Source of the DNA: Alphaproteobacteria bacterium
Lineage (GTDB): Bacteria > Pseudomonadota > Alphaproteobacteria > GM7ARS4 > G965262615
Direction of reading: 5' to 3'
Assembly: GCA_965262615.1 (NCBI GenBank)
Contig: OZ253545.1
Coordinates: 1,376,001-1,440,000 of the forward strand
Length of the DNA stretch: 64,000 nt
A program made the translations under genes and the position numbers. This document shows positions 50,270 through 61,108 of this stretch, in pieces (position 1 is the stretch's first letter; the number at the start of each line of letters is the position of its first letter). The notes beneath the pieces are model-generated. The model was not told the DNA's origin. It did no database searches and worked only from the letters and a program-made list of their open reading frames with translations.

Positions 50270-50878
50270 TCACATCAGCTTATAGACAATAATTCCACCA
50301 ATTGCGAGGAATGTAATTGCGATGGCGGTGCGCCATCCGAGCCAATACACGGCGAGATGCCACGCCGCTGCGCCCCATCGGCGCACAAAAAACGCCTCCA
50401 GATAAAAACGCAATCCCCGTGACACCAACGACATCACCACAAACCACACAAAATCCAAGCCCACCGCACCTGAGAAAATCGTGATGACCTTGTAGGGAAT
50501 GGGCGTGAATCCGCCCAGAAACACCATCAGCACGCCGTATTCATGATAGAGCGCGACCGTATCCCCAAACAAACTGGCCTCATCGGTGTCACGGATGGTG
50601 AGGAATCCCTCCAGCAGGAATGCGCCGATGGCATATCCCGCCACGCCGCCCGCCACTGATGTCAGGGTGGTGAGCATCGCCAGACGATAGGCCGCGCGTC
50701 GCTCCGCCAGTGCCATCAGCATCAAAGCGGGATCAGGCGGAATGGGAAAAATGATGCTTTCCAAAAAACTCCAGATGGCAAGACTGGCGCGCGCAAATCG
50801 CCCCCGCACCGCGCGAGCCAAACGAGGCGGCAGGACGATGTCATGATTTTGGTTTATGGTGTTCATGGCGTGTGTCAT
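50270..50878 (-). CDS. YqaA/DedA family membrane protein; start uncertain
   Basis: SFLESIIFPIPPD, SVAGG..GY.IG, TPIPYKV. Confidence 0.92.
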   Translation of the reverse strand: MTHAMNTINQNHDIVLPPRLARAVRGRFARASLAIWSFLESIIFPIPPDPALMLMALAERRAAYRLAMLTTLTSVAGGVAGYAIGAFLLEGFLTIRDTDEASLFGDTVALYHEYGVLMVFLGGFTPIPYKVITIFSGAVGLDFVWFVVMSLVSRGLRFYLEAFFVRRWGAAAWHLAVYWLGWRTAIAITFLAIGGIIVYKLM

Positions 50879-50946
50879 GCTTACCCGTTGTGACATCATT
50901 ACGCTAGCTTGATTTTGGCTTTGAGATAACCGATAGTGACCGCCAA

Positions 50947-51030
50947 GCCCCTGTGGCGGAATTGGTAGACGCGACGGATTCAAAATCCGTTAGCCGCGAG
51001 GCTGTGAGAGTTCGAGTCTCTCTGGGGGCA
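50947..51030 (+). tRNA. tRNA-Leu(CAA)
   Basis: Anticodon stem acgga/tccgt, loop TTCAAAA, long variable arm. Confidence 0.93.
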
Positions 51031-51121
51031 CATTGTGTTGTGGCATATGTGTGTGTTGGTGCATAATTGTGTTGCAGCATATATGTGTGTTGTCGCATAT
51101 TATGTGTTAGCACATTGTGTT
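51028..51121 (+). repeat. About six degenerate 15-18 bp tandem units (GCAYA...TGTGTT) starting at the tRNA-Leu 3' end
   Basis: gcaca-ttgtgttgtg / gcata-tgtgtgtgttggt / gcata-attgtgttgca / gcata-tatgtgtgttgtc / gcata-ttatgtgtta / gcaca-ttgtgtt. Confidence 0.7.
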
Positions 51122-51125
51122 TGAT

Positions 51126-51203
<78 letters not shown>

Positions 51204-51218
51204 TGAGGGGATTTATGA

Positions 51219-51308
<90 letters not shown>

Positions 51309-51394
51309 AAAATGCCTTGCAAGCTTTTATGTCCAATCTTTTGTTCCGCGCTTTACAGTGAGATGGCAATGGTTTAATTGTAACAGCTGGGGAG

Positions 51395-53281
51395 ATGGTG
51401 ATGGAAAAACTGAGAATGCAGAGTGCCAGTGTGACACAAGAAAACATTGAAAAGATTCGCTCTTTGTTTCCTCATTGTGTCACAGAGGTGAGAGATGAGA
51501 ATGGTGACCTTGCCTACAAGATGGATTTTGAACAGCTGCGTCAAGAACTCAGTGAGCATATTGTTGAGGGTGAAAAAGAGCGATATGGCTTGAATTGGGC
51601 AGGCAAGAAGGAGGCGATTCTGGCAGCAAATAGCTCTGTTGCTCAGACACTGCGTCCTGTGCGTGGTGAAAGCGTTAATTTTGATGAGACAAAAAACCTG
51701 TTCATAGAGGGCGATAATCTTGCCGCTCTTAAATTGCTGCGCGACAGTTATTTTGAAAAAATCAAGATGATTTATATTGACCCACCCTATAACACGGGCA
51801 AGGACTTTATTTACAAAGACAATTTTGCCGAGAAAAAAGAAGACTATTTGGAACGCACCGAACAAAAGGATGACAATAGCAATCGTTTGGTGGCAAACAC
51901 TGAGAGCAATGGGCGTTTTCATTCCGATTGGCTCAGCATGATGTATTCGCGTCTTAAACTGGCAAAGCATTTGTTACGGGAGGATGGTGTCATTTTCATT
52001 TCCATTGACGACAATGAACAAGCCAATCTTAAGGCATTATGTGACGACATGTTTGGGGAGGAGAATTTTGAAGGAAATATTCATTGGAGGAGACGACACA
52101 ATCAGCCAAATGACCCTACAAAAATGTTGGCATTGGTAGCTGAGCATATTTTGGTTTACTCAAAAAATAAACAATCACTGAAGGAAGTAGGTGTTGGAAA
52201 AATTGGATTAACAGGTACTTTCAAGAATCCGGATAATGACCCAAGGGGTTCATGGGCATCAAAGCCGTGGAAGGTTGGCTCTGACCAATCAGGCAGTCGC
52301 TATATCATTAAAACTCCTACAGGTGTTGAATATGACGAGGAGTGGATGGGTGATGAAAGCACCTATGAAAGCCTTTTGGGTGACAATAGAATTATTTTTC
52401 CTAATAAAGGCAATGGCACACCAAGAAAAAAATACTTTGAATCAGAAAGAAGAGAAGAAGGACAAAGTGCAACTAATTGGTGGTCGCATAGTGAATTTGG
52501 GCACAATCAAGAAGGAAATGAAGAGATGAAAAATCTTTTTGGCATTAAAAATATCTTTAGTAACCCTAAGCCAAAAAAATTACTCAATGGATTATCTCAA
52601 ATTAGTAATGCAAAAGAAAATGATATCATCCTAGACTTCTTCGCTGGCTCATGCACGACCGCCCATGCGGTGATGCAATTAAACGCCGAAGATGGTGGCA
52701 AGCGGCAATTCATCATGGTGCAATTGCCCGAGCTGTGTGATGAGAAGTCGGAAGCTCACAAGGCGGGCTATCGCACCATTGCCGACATTGGCAGGGAACG
52801 CATCCGCCGCGCTGCCAAGAAAATCAAGAAAGACAATCCCCATTATAAAGGAGACTTGGGATTCAAATCATTCACTCTCGCCCCCTCCAACTTCAAAGTG
52901 TGGGAGAGCGATATGGAAAAAATCACTGATTTAGACCAGCAACTTCTTGACCATATTGACCATGTTGACCCCGCCAGCTCGCCAGAGGATATTCTCTATG
53001 AGCTGCTTCTCAATGCGGGGTTTCCTCTCACCGCCACCATCAACAAGGTCACCATGGCACAAAAAGAGGTGTTTTCCATCAATAATGGTGCTATACTCAT
53101 CTGCTTGGATGAAACCATCACCGCCGATGTGATTGATGCCATGGCGGCGGCGAATCCGCAACAGGTGATTTGTCTGGACAAGGCTTTTCATGGCAATGAC
53201 CAACTGAAGGTGAATGCCGTCCAAACCTTCAAATCGCGCGCTCAACAAAATGAAAGCGAAATTGTCTTTAGAACGGTGTAA
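51395..53281 (+). CDS. mod: Type III RM modification methylase
   Basis: IEGDNL, IYIDPPYNTG, DFFAGS.TTAHA. Confidence 0.95.
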   Translation: MVMEKLRMQSASVTQENIEKIRSLFPHCVTEVRDENGDLAYKMDFEQLRQELSEHIVEGEKERYGLNWAGKKEAILAANSSVAQTLRPVRGESVNFDETKNLFIEGDNLAALKLLRDSYFEKIKMIYIDPPYNTGKDFIYKDNFAEKKEDYLERTEQKDDNSNRLVANTESNGRFHSDWLSMMYSRLKLAKHLLREDGVIFISIDDNEQANLKALCDDMFGEENFEGNIHWRRRHNQPNDPTKMLALVAEHILVYSKNKQSLKEVGVGKIGLTGTFKNPDNDPRGSWASKPWKVGSDQSGSRYIIKTPTGVEYDEEWMGDESTYESLLGDNRIIFPNKGNGTPRKKYFESERREEGQSATNWWSHSEFGHNQEGNEEMKNLFGIKNIFSNPKPKKLLNGLSQISNAKENDIILDFFAGSCTTAHAVMQLNAEDGGKRQFIMVQLPELCDEKSEAHKAGYRTIADIGRERIRRAAKKIKKDNPHYKGDLGFKSFTLAPSNFKVWESDMEKITDLDQQLLDHIDHVDPASSPEDILYELLLNAGFPLTATINKVTMAQKEVFSINNGAILICLDETITADVIDAMAAANPQQVICLDKAFHGNDQLKVNAVQTFKSRAQQNESEIVFRTV

Positions 53282-53283
53282 AG

Positions 53284-53844
53284 ATGGAAATTAATTATAA
53301 TCTCATATTTGCGGCAATAAGTGCAGCGTCAACTGCAATTGCGGTTTGGATTGCTTGGCAAGCGATGAGTACTTGGAAGAAACAAAAGCGTAGCAAAATA
53401 GCCGAAGAAATCATTATGATGGCATATGAATTAAAAGCTATCATCAATACTGTGAGAAATCCTTTCTCATATTCTGGCGAGGGTTCGTCACGAAAGGTAG
53501 AGCAAGGTGAATCAAGTGACGATAAGGATTGGCTCAATTCTCTGTTTATCCCCATAGAAAGATTGAATAAGCATGGGGATAAATTGTCCGAAGCGCGTAT
53601 TACAAAATTAAAGGCACAGCTATATTTTCCGAATATAGGCGGTGAATTTGATAATCTGAGAAAGATAATTGTGGAAATTGAAGTCGCAGCCGTGACGCGT
53701 TACAGAATGCGCGAAAAAATGCCATCAGAAGAGTCTGAAAAGCAAGAGAATATAATCTGGAACATGAGAAGCAAGGATATTCTGAATGCAAGAATTGAAA
53801 AATGCATCAGCAACATTGAAAAAGAATTGAAGAAGTATTTATGA
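53284..53844 (+). CDS. Hypothetical protein with N-terminal TM helix
   Basis: AT-rich 186-aa ORF 2 bp after the mod stop. Confidence 0.7.
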   Translation: MEINYNLIFAAISAASTAIAVWIAWQAMSTWKKQKRSKIAEEIIMMAYELKAIINTVRNPFSYSGEGSSRKVEQGESSDDKDWLNSLFIPIERLNKHGDKLSEARITKLKAQLYFPNIGGEFDNLRKIIVEIEVAAVTRYRMREKMPSEESEKQENIIWNMRSKDILNARIEKCISNIEKELKKYL

Positions 53845-53871
53845 TATAAAAACAGTGTGAAGGAGTAGCAA

Positions 53872-54390
53872 ATGGGCAAGACAACGCGAGTCATCGTATT
53901 TATTGCGTCATATCTGACGACAATCGTTGTGCTTGCCTTCATTTCTGCTATTTTGGTAGAGAATGATTATTATGAAGGTTCAGGGCTGCTTAGGAAATTT
54001 ATGCATGAACATTCAATAAGTGTCATGGTGACGATTACCGCTATTTATCTTTCCTTGGCATTTATCATGTTGGGTAATTCACCAGCAAACCACGACAAAA
54101 AAATCGGAAAAGCTTCACTGAGTCAAAATTTTGAATGGGTTGTCACTGTTCAAGGAATAATCATGGTGCTTCTGCCTATCCTGCAATTAAAATTGTTGTC
54201 GGAAACTTCAGCGCAAGAAATGCCAGAATGTTCACAAAATACTGCAAATTTGCCATGTATCATGTCTTCAAATTTGGAATTAAAAACCTTTAATTTCCTT
54301 TTTAATATTACCTCGCTTTATTTTTTAGTTGCGGCGGGGCTCATAACCACACTAATATCAAAATATCAAAAAAAGGAAGGAAAAAAATGA
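53872..54390 (+). CDS. Hypothetical membrane protein (about 4 TM)
   Basis: AAGGAG RBS; four hydrophobic segments; overlaps the res start. Confidence 0.7.
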   Translation: MGKTTRVIVFIASYLTTIVVLAFISAILVENDYYEGSGLLRKFMHEHSISVMVTITAIYLSLAFIMLGNSPANHDKKIGKASLSQNFEWVVTVQGIIMVLLPILQLKLLSETSAQEMPECSQNTANLPCIMSSNLELKTFNFLFNITSLYFLVAAGLITTLISKYQKKEGKK

Positions 54391-57080
54391 AACTCAAGTT
54401 TGACCCATCTCTGGACTATCAACAGGATGCCATCAATTCCGTGGTGGATGTGTTTGACGGGCAGCCCGTGGCTCAGTCCAATTTTGCCCTCAGTCACACC
54501 GCGGGCGACTTGGGCTTGGCACAAAACGAATTGGGCATTGGGAATAACCTTCTGCTGGATGATGAGCACATGCTCAAGAATGTCCAAGCCATCCAAGAGC
54601 GCAACGATATTGCAAAAGTCACAACCCTGCAAGGAGGGCGCAATTTCTCCATTGAGATGGAGACTGGCACTGGCAAAACTTATGTGTATTTGCGCACCAT
54701 TTTTGAATTGAGCAAAAACTACGGCTTTAAGAAATTCATCATTGTGGTGCCAAGCGTGGCGGTGCGTGAAGGTGTCCTCAAAAGCATAGAAATGACTCGT
54801 CACCACTTCAACGCCCTCTACAACAACACGCCCTTTGATGCCTTTGTCTATGATTCCTCGCGTCTCAATAATGTGCGTCAATTCGCCACCAGCAATCACA
54901 TCCAGATTATGATCATCAACATTCAAGCTTTTCAGCGTGATGTGGAAACACAAACGCGCGCCAATGTGATTAATCGTGAGAACGATAAGATGTCCGGCTA
55001 CAAGCCCATTGAATTTATCAAAGCCACCCGTCCGATGGTCATCATTGACGAGCCGCAAAGCGTGGATAACACAGACAAAGCCAAACACGCCATCGCCAAC
55101 CTCAACGCCACCACAATCTTGCGCTATTCGGCAACGCACCGCAATCCCTATAATCTGCTTTACAAACTTGACCCCATCAAAGCCTACGACCTCAGATTGG
55201 TCAAACGCATTGAAGTGGCTTCCATCCGCTCCGATGATAATTTCAACAATGCCTATGTGAAACTTCTCAAAACCGACAACAAAAAAGGCATCAGAGCACA
55301 GGTGGAAATCCACAAAAAAAGCAAGAGTGGTCTCATCAAACCCACCAAACTCTGGCTAAAAAATACCGATGACGATCTCTACATCAAATCGGCAAAGCAT
55401 GAAATCTATAGAGAGGGCTATGTGGTCAGTGAAATCAATTGTAAGCCGAACGAAGAGTATATTGAATTTAATTCAGGCAGAACGGTTAAGCTCGGTCAAG
55501 AAATAGGCGGGTTGGGTGATGAAATCATGAAAAAACAGGTCTATGAAACCGTCAAAGAGCATCTGGAAAAAGAACGAGGTGCACAAGACAAAGGAATCAA
55601 AGTGTTGTCTTTGTTCTTTATTGATAGGGTGGCGAATTATCGCATCCACAATGATGACGGCTCTACCAGTCTTGGCAAAATAGGAATATGGTTTGAAGAA
55701 GCTTTCAGCGATCTTCGCCAAAAAGCATCTTTCAAAGATTTAGAAATATGTCAATGGACAACCACTCAACTTCACGATGGTTATTTTTCAAAAGACAATA
55801 AAGGGCGCGCGAAAGATACCACAGGAAAAAGTAAAGACGATGGCGATACCTATAGTCTTATTATGAAAGATAAAGAGCGTCTGCTGAATCCAAATGAGCC
55901 ACTACGGTTTATTTTCTCCCATTCGGCTTTGCGCGAGGGGTGGGATAATCCGAATGTGTTTCAAATTTGTACCCTTAATGAGACTCAATCAATTGAGAAA
56001 AAACGGCAGGAAATTGGACGAGGTTTGCGTCTGCCAGTCAATGACAAAGGGGAGCGTGTTCATGACGACAATATAAATCGCCTCACCGTTATCGCCAACG
56101 AATTTTATGAAGATTTCGCTGCAAAGCTGCAAAATGAATTTGAAGAAGATTGTGGAATTCAATTTGGTGAGAATCGTGTGGAGAATGCTCGCGAGCGTCA
56201 AAAGATTCTTCTTAACAAGCAGGTGCAGCTCAGTGATGACTTCAAACAACTCTGGAATCAAATAAAGCACCGAACCCGCTATCGGGTTGAATTCGCAACA
56301 GGTCGTCTTATCCAAGAAGCGGCTAAGGGCATTAAAGGCATTTTGGTGAGCACGCCATCTTTGGTTCATCAAGAAGGGTCAATAGATATTACGAAGTCTG
56401 GCGTTGAATTCGAATGGATAAGAGAAACGAGGCAAAGAATATCGCCACCTGATATTTTTCCAGACATTCTTGCTCATTTGCAAAATGAGACAGAACTCAC
56501 CCGTGATACGCTTGTGAGAATTCTGAAGAAAGCTAATTGCTTGGATAAGTTCCTTCGCAATCCTCATGTCTTCATGATAGCTGCCAGCAAAGAGATTAAG
56601 CGCGTTATGAGTAAATTGATGATAGAAGGCATTCAATATGAGAAGATAGCTCATCGCTATTGGGACATGAAACTTTTTGAAACAAATGGCAAAAACGAAC
56701 TTATGCGTTATCTGAAAAATCTTTATAGGGTTCGTAATGTGCAAAAAAGCATTTATGATTGGGTGGAATTCAATTCTGATATTGAAAAGCGATTTGCCCA
56801 AGCACTCGATAATGATCAAGATGTGAAGTTATTTATCAAGCTTCCCTCTTGGTTTAGGATAGATACACCTATTGGTTCATATAATCCTGATTGGGCATTC
56901 ATTAGGAAGGATAACGATGAAAAGCTCTATTTTGTTTGTGAAACCAAGGGAGGGCTTGACTCGGATGAGCGCAGCGAAAAAGAAAACCAAAAGATTGAAT
57001 GCGGAAAGAGTCACTGCGACACTATCGGTGTTAAGTACGAAGTGGCAAAATCATTGCGTGACATAGTCACTAGGATTTAA
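54387..57080 (+). CDS. res: Type III RM restriction subunit
   Basis: EMETGTGKT, IIDEPQ, SAT, ALREGWDNPNVF, YNPDWA...ETKG. Confidence 0.95.
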   Translation: MKLKFDPSLDYQQDAINSVVDVFDGQPVAQSNFALSHTAGDLGLAQNELGIGNNLLLDDEHMLKNVQAIQERNDIAKVTTLQGGRNFSIEMETGTGKTYVYLRTIFELSKNYGFKKFIIVVPSVAVREGVLKSIEMTRHHFNALYNNTPFDAFVYDSSRLNNVRQFATSNHIQIMIINIQAFQRDVETQTRANVINRENDKMSGYKPIEFIKATRPMVIIDEPQSVDNTDKAKHAIANLNATTILRYSATHRNPYNLLYKLDPIKAYDLRLVKRIEVASIRSDDNFNNAYVKLLKTDNKKGIRAQVEIHKKSKSGLIKPTKLWLKNTDDDLYIKSAKHEIYREGYVVSEINCKPNEEYIEFNSGRTVKLGQEIGGLGDEIMKKQVYETVKEHLEKERGAQDKGIKVLSLFFIDRVANYRIHNDDGSTSLGKIGIWFEEAFSDLRQKASFKDLEICQWTTTQLHDGYFSKDNKGRAKDTTGKSKDDGDTYSLIMKDKERLLNPNEPLRFIFSHSALREGWDNPNVFQICTLNETQSIEKKRQEIGRGLRLPVNDKGERVHDDNINRLTVIANEFYEDFAAKLQNEFEEDCGIQFGENRVENARERQKILLNKQVQLSDDFKQLWNQIKHRTRYRVEFATGRLIQEAAKGIKGILVSTPSLVHQEGSIDITKSGVEFEWIRETRQRISPPDIFPDILAHLQNETELTRDTLVRILKKANCLDKFLRNPHVFMIAASKEIKRVMSKLMIEGIQYEKIAHRYWDMKLFETNGKNELMRYLKNLYRVRNVQKSIYDWVEFNSDIEKRFAQALDNDQDVKLFIKLPSWFRIDTPIGSYNPDWAFIRKDNDEKLYFVCETKGGLDSDERSEKENQKIECGKSHCDTIGVKYEVAKSLRDIVTRI

Positions 57081-57094
57081 ATATTAAATTGTAA

Positions 57095-57278
57095 TCAGTT
57101 CTCTTCTTCAAAATTCTGCTTCTTGCCATTCGTATGTATACGGCTATCAATCCACTGTTGGATGACAGATGTGTGCCAGCCGATGGCGCGTCCGCCTCGT
57201 TGGAGGGGTTTGGGAAAATTCCCCGCGTCCATCCATTTGTATAAGGGTAGCATTAGAGATGCCGATGCTTTTCAGCAC
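57095..57278 (-). pseudogene. AlpA-family excisionase/regulator relic
   Basis: Hand translation with one frameshift: VLKSIGISNATL/YKWMDAGNFPKPLQRGGRAIGWHTSVIQQWIDSR. Confidence 0.8.
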
Positions 57279-57383
57279 GGGAATTTTGTTTGTTCCTGCA
57301 TACCCTGAATGATGTCCGAAAGCCGTGGGCGTGGAAGTCATAGCAGTGATTGCGTGGTCACTTCATGAGGGTGGCATCTGAGA

Positions 57384-57387
<4 letters not shown>
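57278..57387 (-). pseudogene. P4-type tyrosine integrase fragment
   Basis: PLSDATLMK*PRNHCYDFHAHGFRTSFRV/QEQTKFP, the HxxR catalytic box with a stop and a frameshift. Confidence 0.8.
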
Positions 57388-57426
<39 letters not shown>

Positions 57427-57441
57427 TGAGGGGATTTATGA

Positions 57442-57531
<90 letters not shown>

Positions 57532-57632
57532 AAAATGCCTTGCAAAGCGTTGCGACACCTTGCTTTTAGAAGATTGCAAGCTTTTCCGTCCCACGATACG
57601 ATATAAGTGATACCTAAAAAGATGTTTAAGGT

Positions 57633-59954
57633 TTATACAGAATCTTGTAAGTATAGATGTTTTTGAAAGGCGATGAATGTTTTTCTAATTGTTTCAACAT
57701 TACCTAATTTTTCCTTGGCAGAGGAAAGACTGCTATATTTCAACTCAAGAACTTTACTTAATTTGCTGTCATCCAATTCATCAACGCCATCTCTGACATA
57801 ATTGGTTAGTACAAAATCGACAAATTTGCGCTGCTCCCGTTCCAATGGAGCATAAATATTATCTTTAGCAGCTCGTACGCGTTCGGTGCGGCTCACCGGT
57901 GGAGATGCATAAAGGATATATTCAAGCACATCCAACAAATCGCTATTTTCTGCCTGAAATATTTTTTGTAACCCTTCAAGATTACTCCTATCAAATCCCT
58001 TGTCTTCAAGTCTTTTAAGTAACTCCACCCGTTCTGTGGGATTTGCCCACAGAGATTGCAATTCTTGGTGAGTTTTGAATGTATCCGGCAATTGCAATTG
58101 TTTCAAAAGACTTTTTCTATAGTCTTCCTTTTTGATTAGCTTGCCGTCAATCATCAGCTCTTCTGATGAACGGATTACGACTTCTTGCTCTTTACCGTCT
58201 GCCAGTTTTATTTTTATTTTTTCACTTTGAGGCTGAGTCGGTTTTTTGTTTTCTGACGGCGATTTGCGAGATTTTTTCACTTCTTCGCTTGCCGCATTAT
58301 ATTCGATGTCTTCTTCATGTTGTGTTTTGCCGTCCCAGTTTTCGTCGTGGAATTTATGAGATGCGCCGACAAAATCAATAATGGTAAAATAATCCTTGCC
58401 TTCAAAGAGGCGCGTGCCTCGTCCTATGATTTGCTTAAATTCAATCATGTCATTAATAGGGCGCATGAGGACAATATTGCGAATGTTGCGAGCATCAACG
58501 CCAGTGGAAAGTTTGCGGCTGGTGGTGACGATCGTAGGAATGATTTTTTCGTTATCTTGAAAGCTTCTGAGATGATTATCACCAATTGTGCCGTCTGCTG
58601 ATGTCACTCGCACACAGTAATCGGTGGATTTTTTTTGCGCTTCTTGATTTGTTAAATCTCGTATCAGGGCGGCGTGCTCTTGGGTGTGACAAAAGACGAT
58701 TGTCTTTTCATCTCTATTGATATTGGCGAGCATCAAACGCGTCCGTATCCGTTCACGGGATTCTATTTGAATTTTTGTGTTAAATTCATTTTCTGTGTAG
58801 GTATGATTTTCATCCACTTCACCCTGTAACACTGTGTCATCATCTTCGTAGGTGTATTGGTCTAGTGAGGTTTGGATGCGCTTGACTCTAAAAGGTGTCA
58901 AATAACCATCTTGAATTCCCTCTTTGAGGCTGTAGCTGTAGACGGGGTTGCCGAAATATTTGTAGGTGTTCGCATTATCTTTGCGTTTGGGAGTGGCGGT
59001 GAGTCCCAGCTGCACGGCGGATGCAAAATATTCTAAAATTCCTCGCCATTTGCTTTCATTGTTTGCGCCGCCTCTATGGCACTCATCAATGACGATAAAA
59101 TCAAAAAAGTCGGGTTCGTAATCGCCGAAGTATGGTTTTTCGCCACTCATGAAGGTTTGAAAGATGGTAAAAAAGATGCCAGCGTTTTTGGGGACAGAGC
59201 CTCTTTGGCGTATGGCATTGGGGGTGACTCTTTGCAGGGCATCGGGGGGAAACATGCTGAAGGCGAGATAAGCCTGTCCTGCGAGAAAATTGCGATCGGT
59301 GAGAAAGAGGATGCGAGGCTGTCCGCTTTGTCCGTTTTTAGTCCATCGGCTTTTGAATAGTTTCCACGCGATTTGTGCGGCGATGAAGGTTTTTCCTGTG
59401 CCGGTGGCAAGGGTGAGCAGAATGCGCGATTTTCCCGCGGCGATGGCATCCATCACATTTTGAATGGCGAGTTCTTGATAGTAACGAGATTCTTTGCCAA
59501 TGTTCCGTTGGAGAGGGATGACATCAAATTGATCTTGCCATTGTTTTTGTTTGGGGTTTTGTTTTTTGCCATGAAATTGTTGCCAGAGCGTGTCGGGGGA
59601 TGGGAAGGCATCGCAGAGCCCTTCTTTGCCTGTGGTGCGGCAGATTTGATAGATTTCCTTGCCATTGGCGGCGAATGCCATGGGGGCTTTGAGTTTTTCT
59701 GCATAGTTTTTGGCCTGACCAACCCCTTCGCCCACTTCGGTTTCATCAGACTTGGCTTCAATGGCGGCGAGGATGCGGCTTTTGTGGATGAGAACATAAT
59801 CGGCTGATAATTTGCCTTTTCTCATGCCCCCCGCTTTGATCTCACCCGCGCTGATTTTATACTCACGCCTGACGCGACTGCCCGCCACCACGCCCCAGCC
59901 AGCCTCTTTCAGCTGAGGATCAATCAGATTAGCGCGTGTATCAGCTTCATTCAT
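57633..59954 (-). CDS. hsdR: Type I RM restriction subunit (EcoAI-like)
   Basis: MNEADTRA..ID..L..AGW, ADYVL...IEAK, ATGTGKT, DECHRG, TATP, QIIGRGTR. Confidence 0.95.
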   Translation of the reverse strand: MNEADTRANLIDPQLKEAGWGVVAGSRVRREYKISAGEIKAGGMRKGKLSADYVLIHKSRILAAIEAKSDETEVGEGVGQAKNYAEKLKAPMAFAANGKEIYQICRTTGKEGLCDAFPSPDTLWQQFHGKKQNPKQKQWQDQFDVIPLQRNIGKESRYYQELAIQNVMDAIAAGKSRILLTLATGTGKTFIAAQIAWKLFKSRWTKNGQSGQPRILFLTDRNFLAGQAYLAFSMFPPDALQRVTPNAIRQRGSVPKNAGIFFTIFQTFMSGEKPYFGDYEPDFFDFIVIDECHRGGANNESKWRGILEYFASAVQLGLTATPKRKDNANTYKYFGNPVYSYSLKEGIQDGYLTPFRVKRIQTSLDQYTYEDDDTVLQGEVDENHTYTENEFNTKIQIESRERIRTRLMLANINRDEKTIVFCHTQEHAALIRDLTNQEAQKKSTDYCVRVTSADGTIGDNHLRSFQDNEKIIPTIVTTSRKLSTGVDARNIRNIVLMRPINDMIEFKQIIGRGTRLFEGKDYFTIIDFVGASHKFHDENWDGKTQHEEDIEYNAASEEVKKSRKSPSENKKPTQPQSEKIKIKLADGKEQEVVIRSSEELMIDGKLIKKEDYRKSLLKQLQLPDTFKTHQELQSLWANPTERVELLKRLEDKGFDRSNLEGLQKIFQAENSDLLDVLEYILYASPPVSRTERVRAAKDNIYAPLEREQRKFVDFVLTNYVRDGVDELDDSKLSKVLELKYSSLSSAKEKLGNVETIRKTFIAFQKHLYLQDSV

Positions 59955-60006
59955 AATTTTTTTATACCTTTAATCATTAGTCATTGCCACCTTCATTGGT
60001 GTTTTT

Positions 60007-61011
60007 TTACTCATCAGAATTTGCTTGCTTTGATTTTCTGTGTTCAATTTGTTTTTTCCCATCTTTTTTCTGCGTTGCCAAAAATTTTTGCAAACGCTTA
60101 TAATTCAATTGAAAGACACCTTTCTCATCTTGTTCAATAAATTCGGGCGGGTTCAGGGATGGATGAAATTCCGTTCCCTTCTCCATCAGGGCAATCAATT
60201 TCTTAAGCCCCGCCAATAAGCTGGTTTTCATTTCTTGCGGGTTGTTTGGAGTCTTATTTTTCACTTGTTCAATGAGCTCATCAATTTTTTCCCCGATTGT
60301 TATTTTAACCGAGTCGTCAACATGCTCTTCAAAGGTGGGAAATTTCTTTTCACCTTTTGAACTTTCAGCTCTTCTCTTCATCGCCTCATAAGAGAGCCTT
60401 GCTACTTCCGATTCAAACCAAGTTTTCCGCATAGCTATAATTTCATGGGCAATTTTGGCGACACTCATGAAACCATAAAGTGCTATATGCACCGAAATTG
60501 CGATGACATACCATTCTGTCCCTCTATCAAAACCAACAAAGCGAACATCCCCTCGAATCCCTTTTTTCACAACAATAAAATCCAAAATTTCTTGAAGCTC
60601 TGCATTGAATCGGCTCAGGCTCTCAATGTCTTGCGTGTATTCCTGCGGGATTTTTATATTGACAAATTCTTGCTTCTGTTTTTGCGTGACCGATTCAAGC
60701 ATATCATAAAAGATAGGCATATGTTGGTTTATGAAGATAACCACATTATGCAAGGATGCCTGTTCCTTTGAAGAAATCTCAATGTCACGGATATGCCGTT
60801 GTTTGTTGTACCTATTTATTACATTCTGTATGCGCATATCTGTATTATTAACCCAAGGCTGCTTAACGAGCTGCTCAATAGCTGCGATAAAATCACCACA
60901 TTCTGCCAATAAAAAGCGATTGCCGCCGTGAAGTGCTTCAGGGGAATAGGTCAGCACCTTATTTTCATTAACAGCTCGGTCAATGATGCTTTTAAGTTCA
61001 TTGGCTCTCAT
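60007..61011 (-). CDS. Hypothetical protein inside the hsd cluster
   Basis: 334-aa AT-rich ORF, no recognised motif. Confidence 0.7.
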   Translation of the reverse strand: MRANELKSIIDRAVNENKVLTYSPEALHGGNRFLLAECGDFIAAIEQLVKQPWVNNTDMRIQNVINRYNKQRHIRDIEISSKEQASLHNVVIFINQHMPIFYDMLESVTQKQKQEFVNIKIPQEYTQDIESLSRFNAELQEILDFIVVKKGIRGDVRFVGFDRGTEWYVIAISVHIALYGFMSVAKIAHEIIAMRKTWFESEVARLSYEAMKRRAESSKGEKKFPTFEEHVDDSVKITIGEKIDELIEQVKNKTPNNPQEMKTSLLAGLKKLIALMEKGTEFHPSLNPPEFIEQDEKGVFQLNYKRLQKFLATQKKDGKKQIEHRKSKQANSDE

Positions 61012-61108
61012 CAGGCTTTTTACTCGTTGTTCGGATTGACCTCATTGGGTGGCGGGAGCGACAAAGATACAACATGAGGCAGTTGCAAACAAGCCTTTAC
61101 ATTGTGTG

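Noticed and set aside
57590-57635. Possible hsdR tail copy (KHL…HLY)
   Set aside because: Too short and no stop in register.
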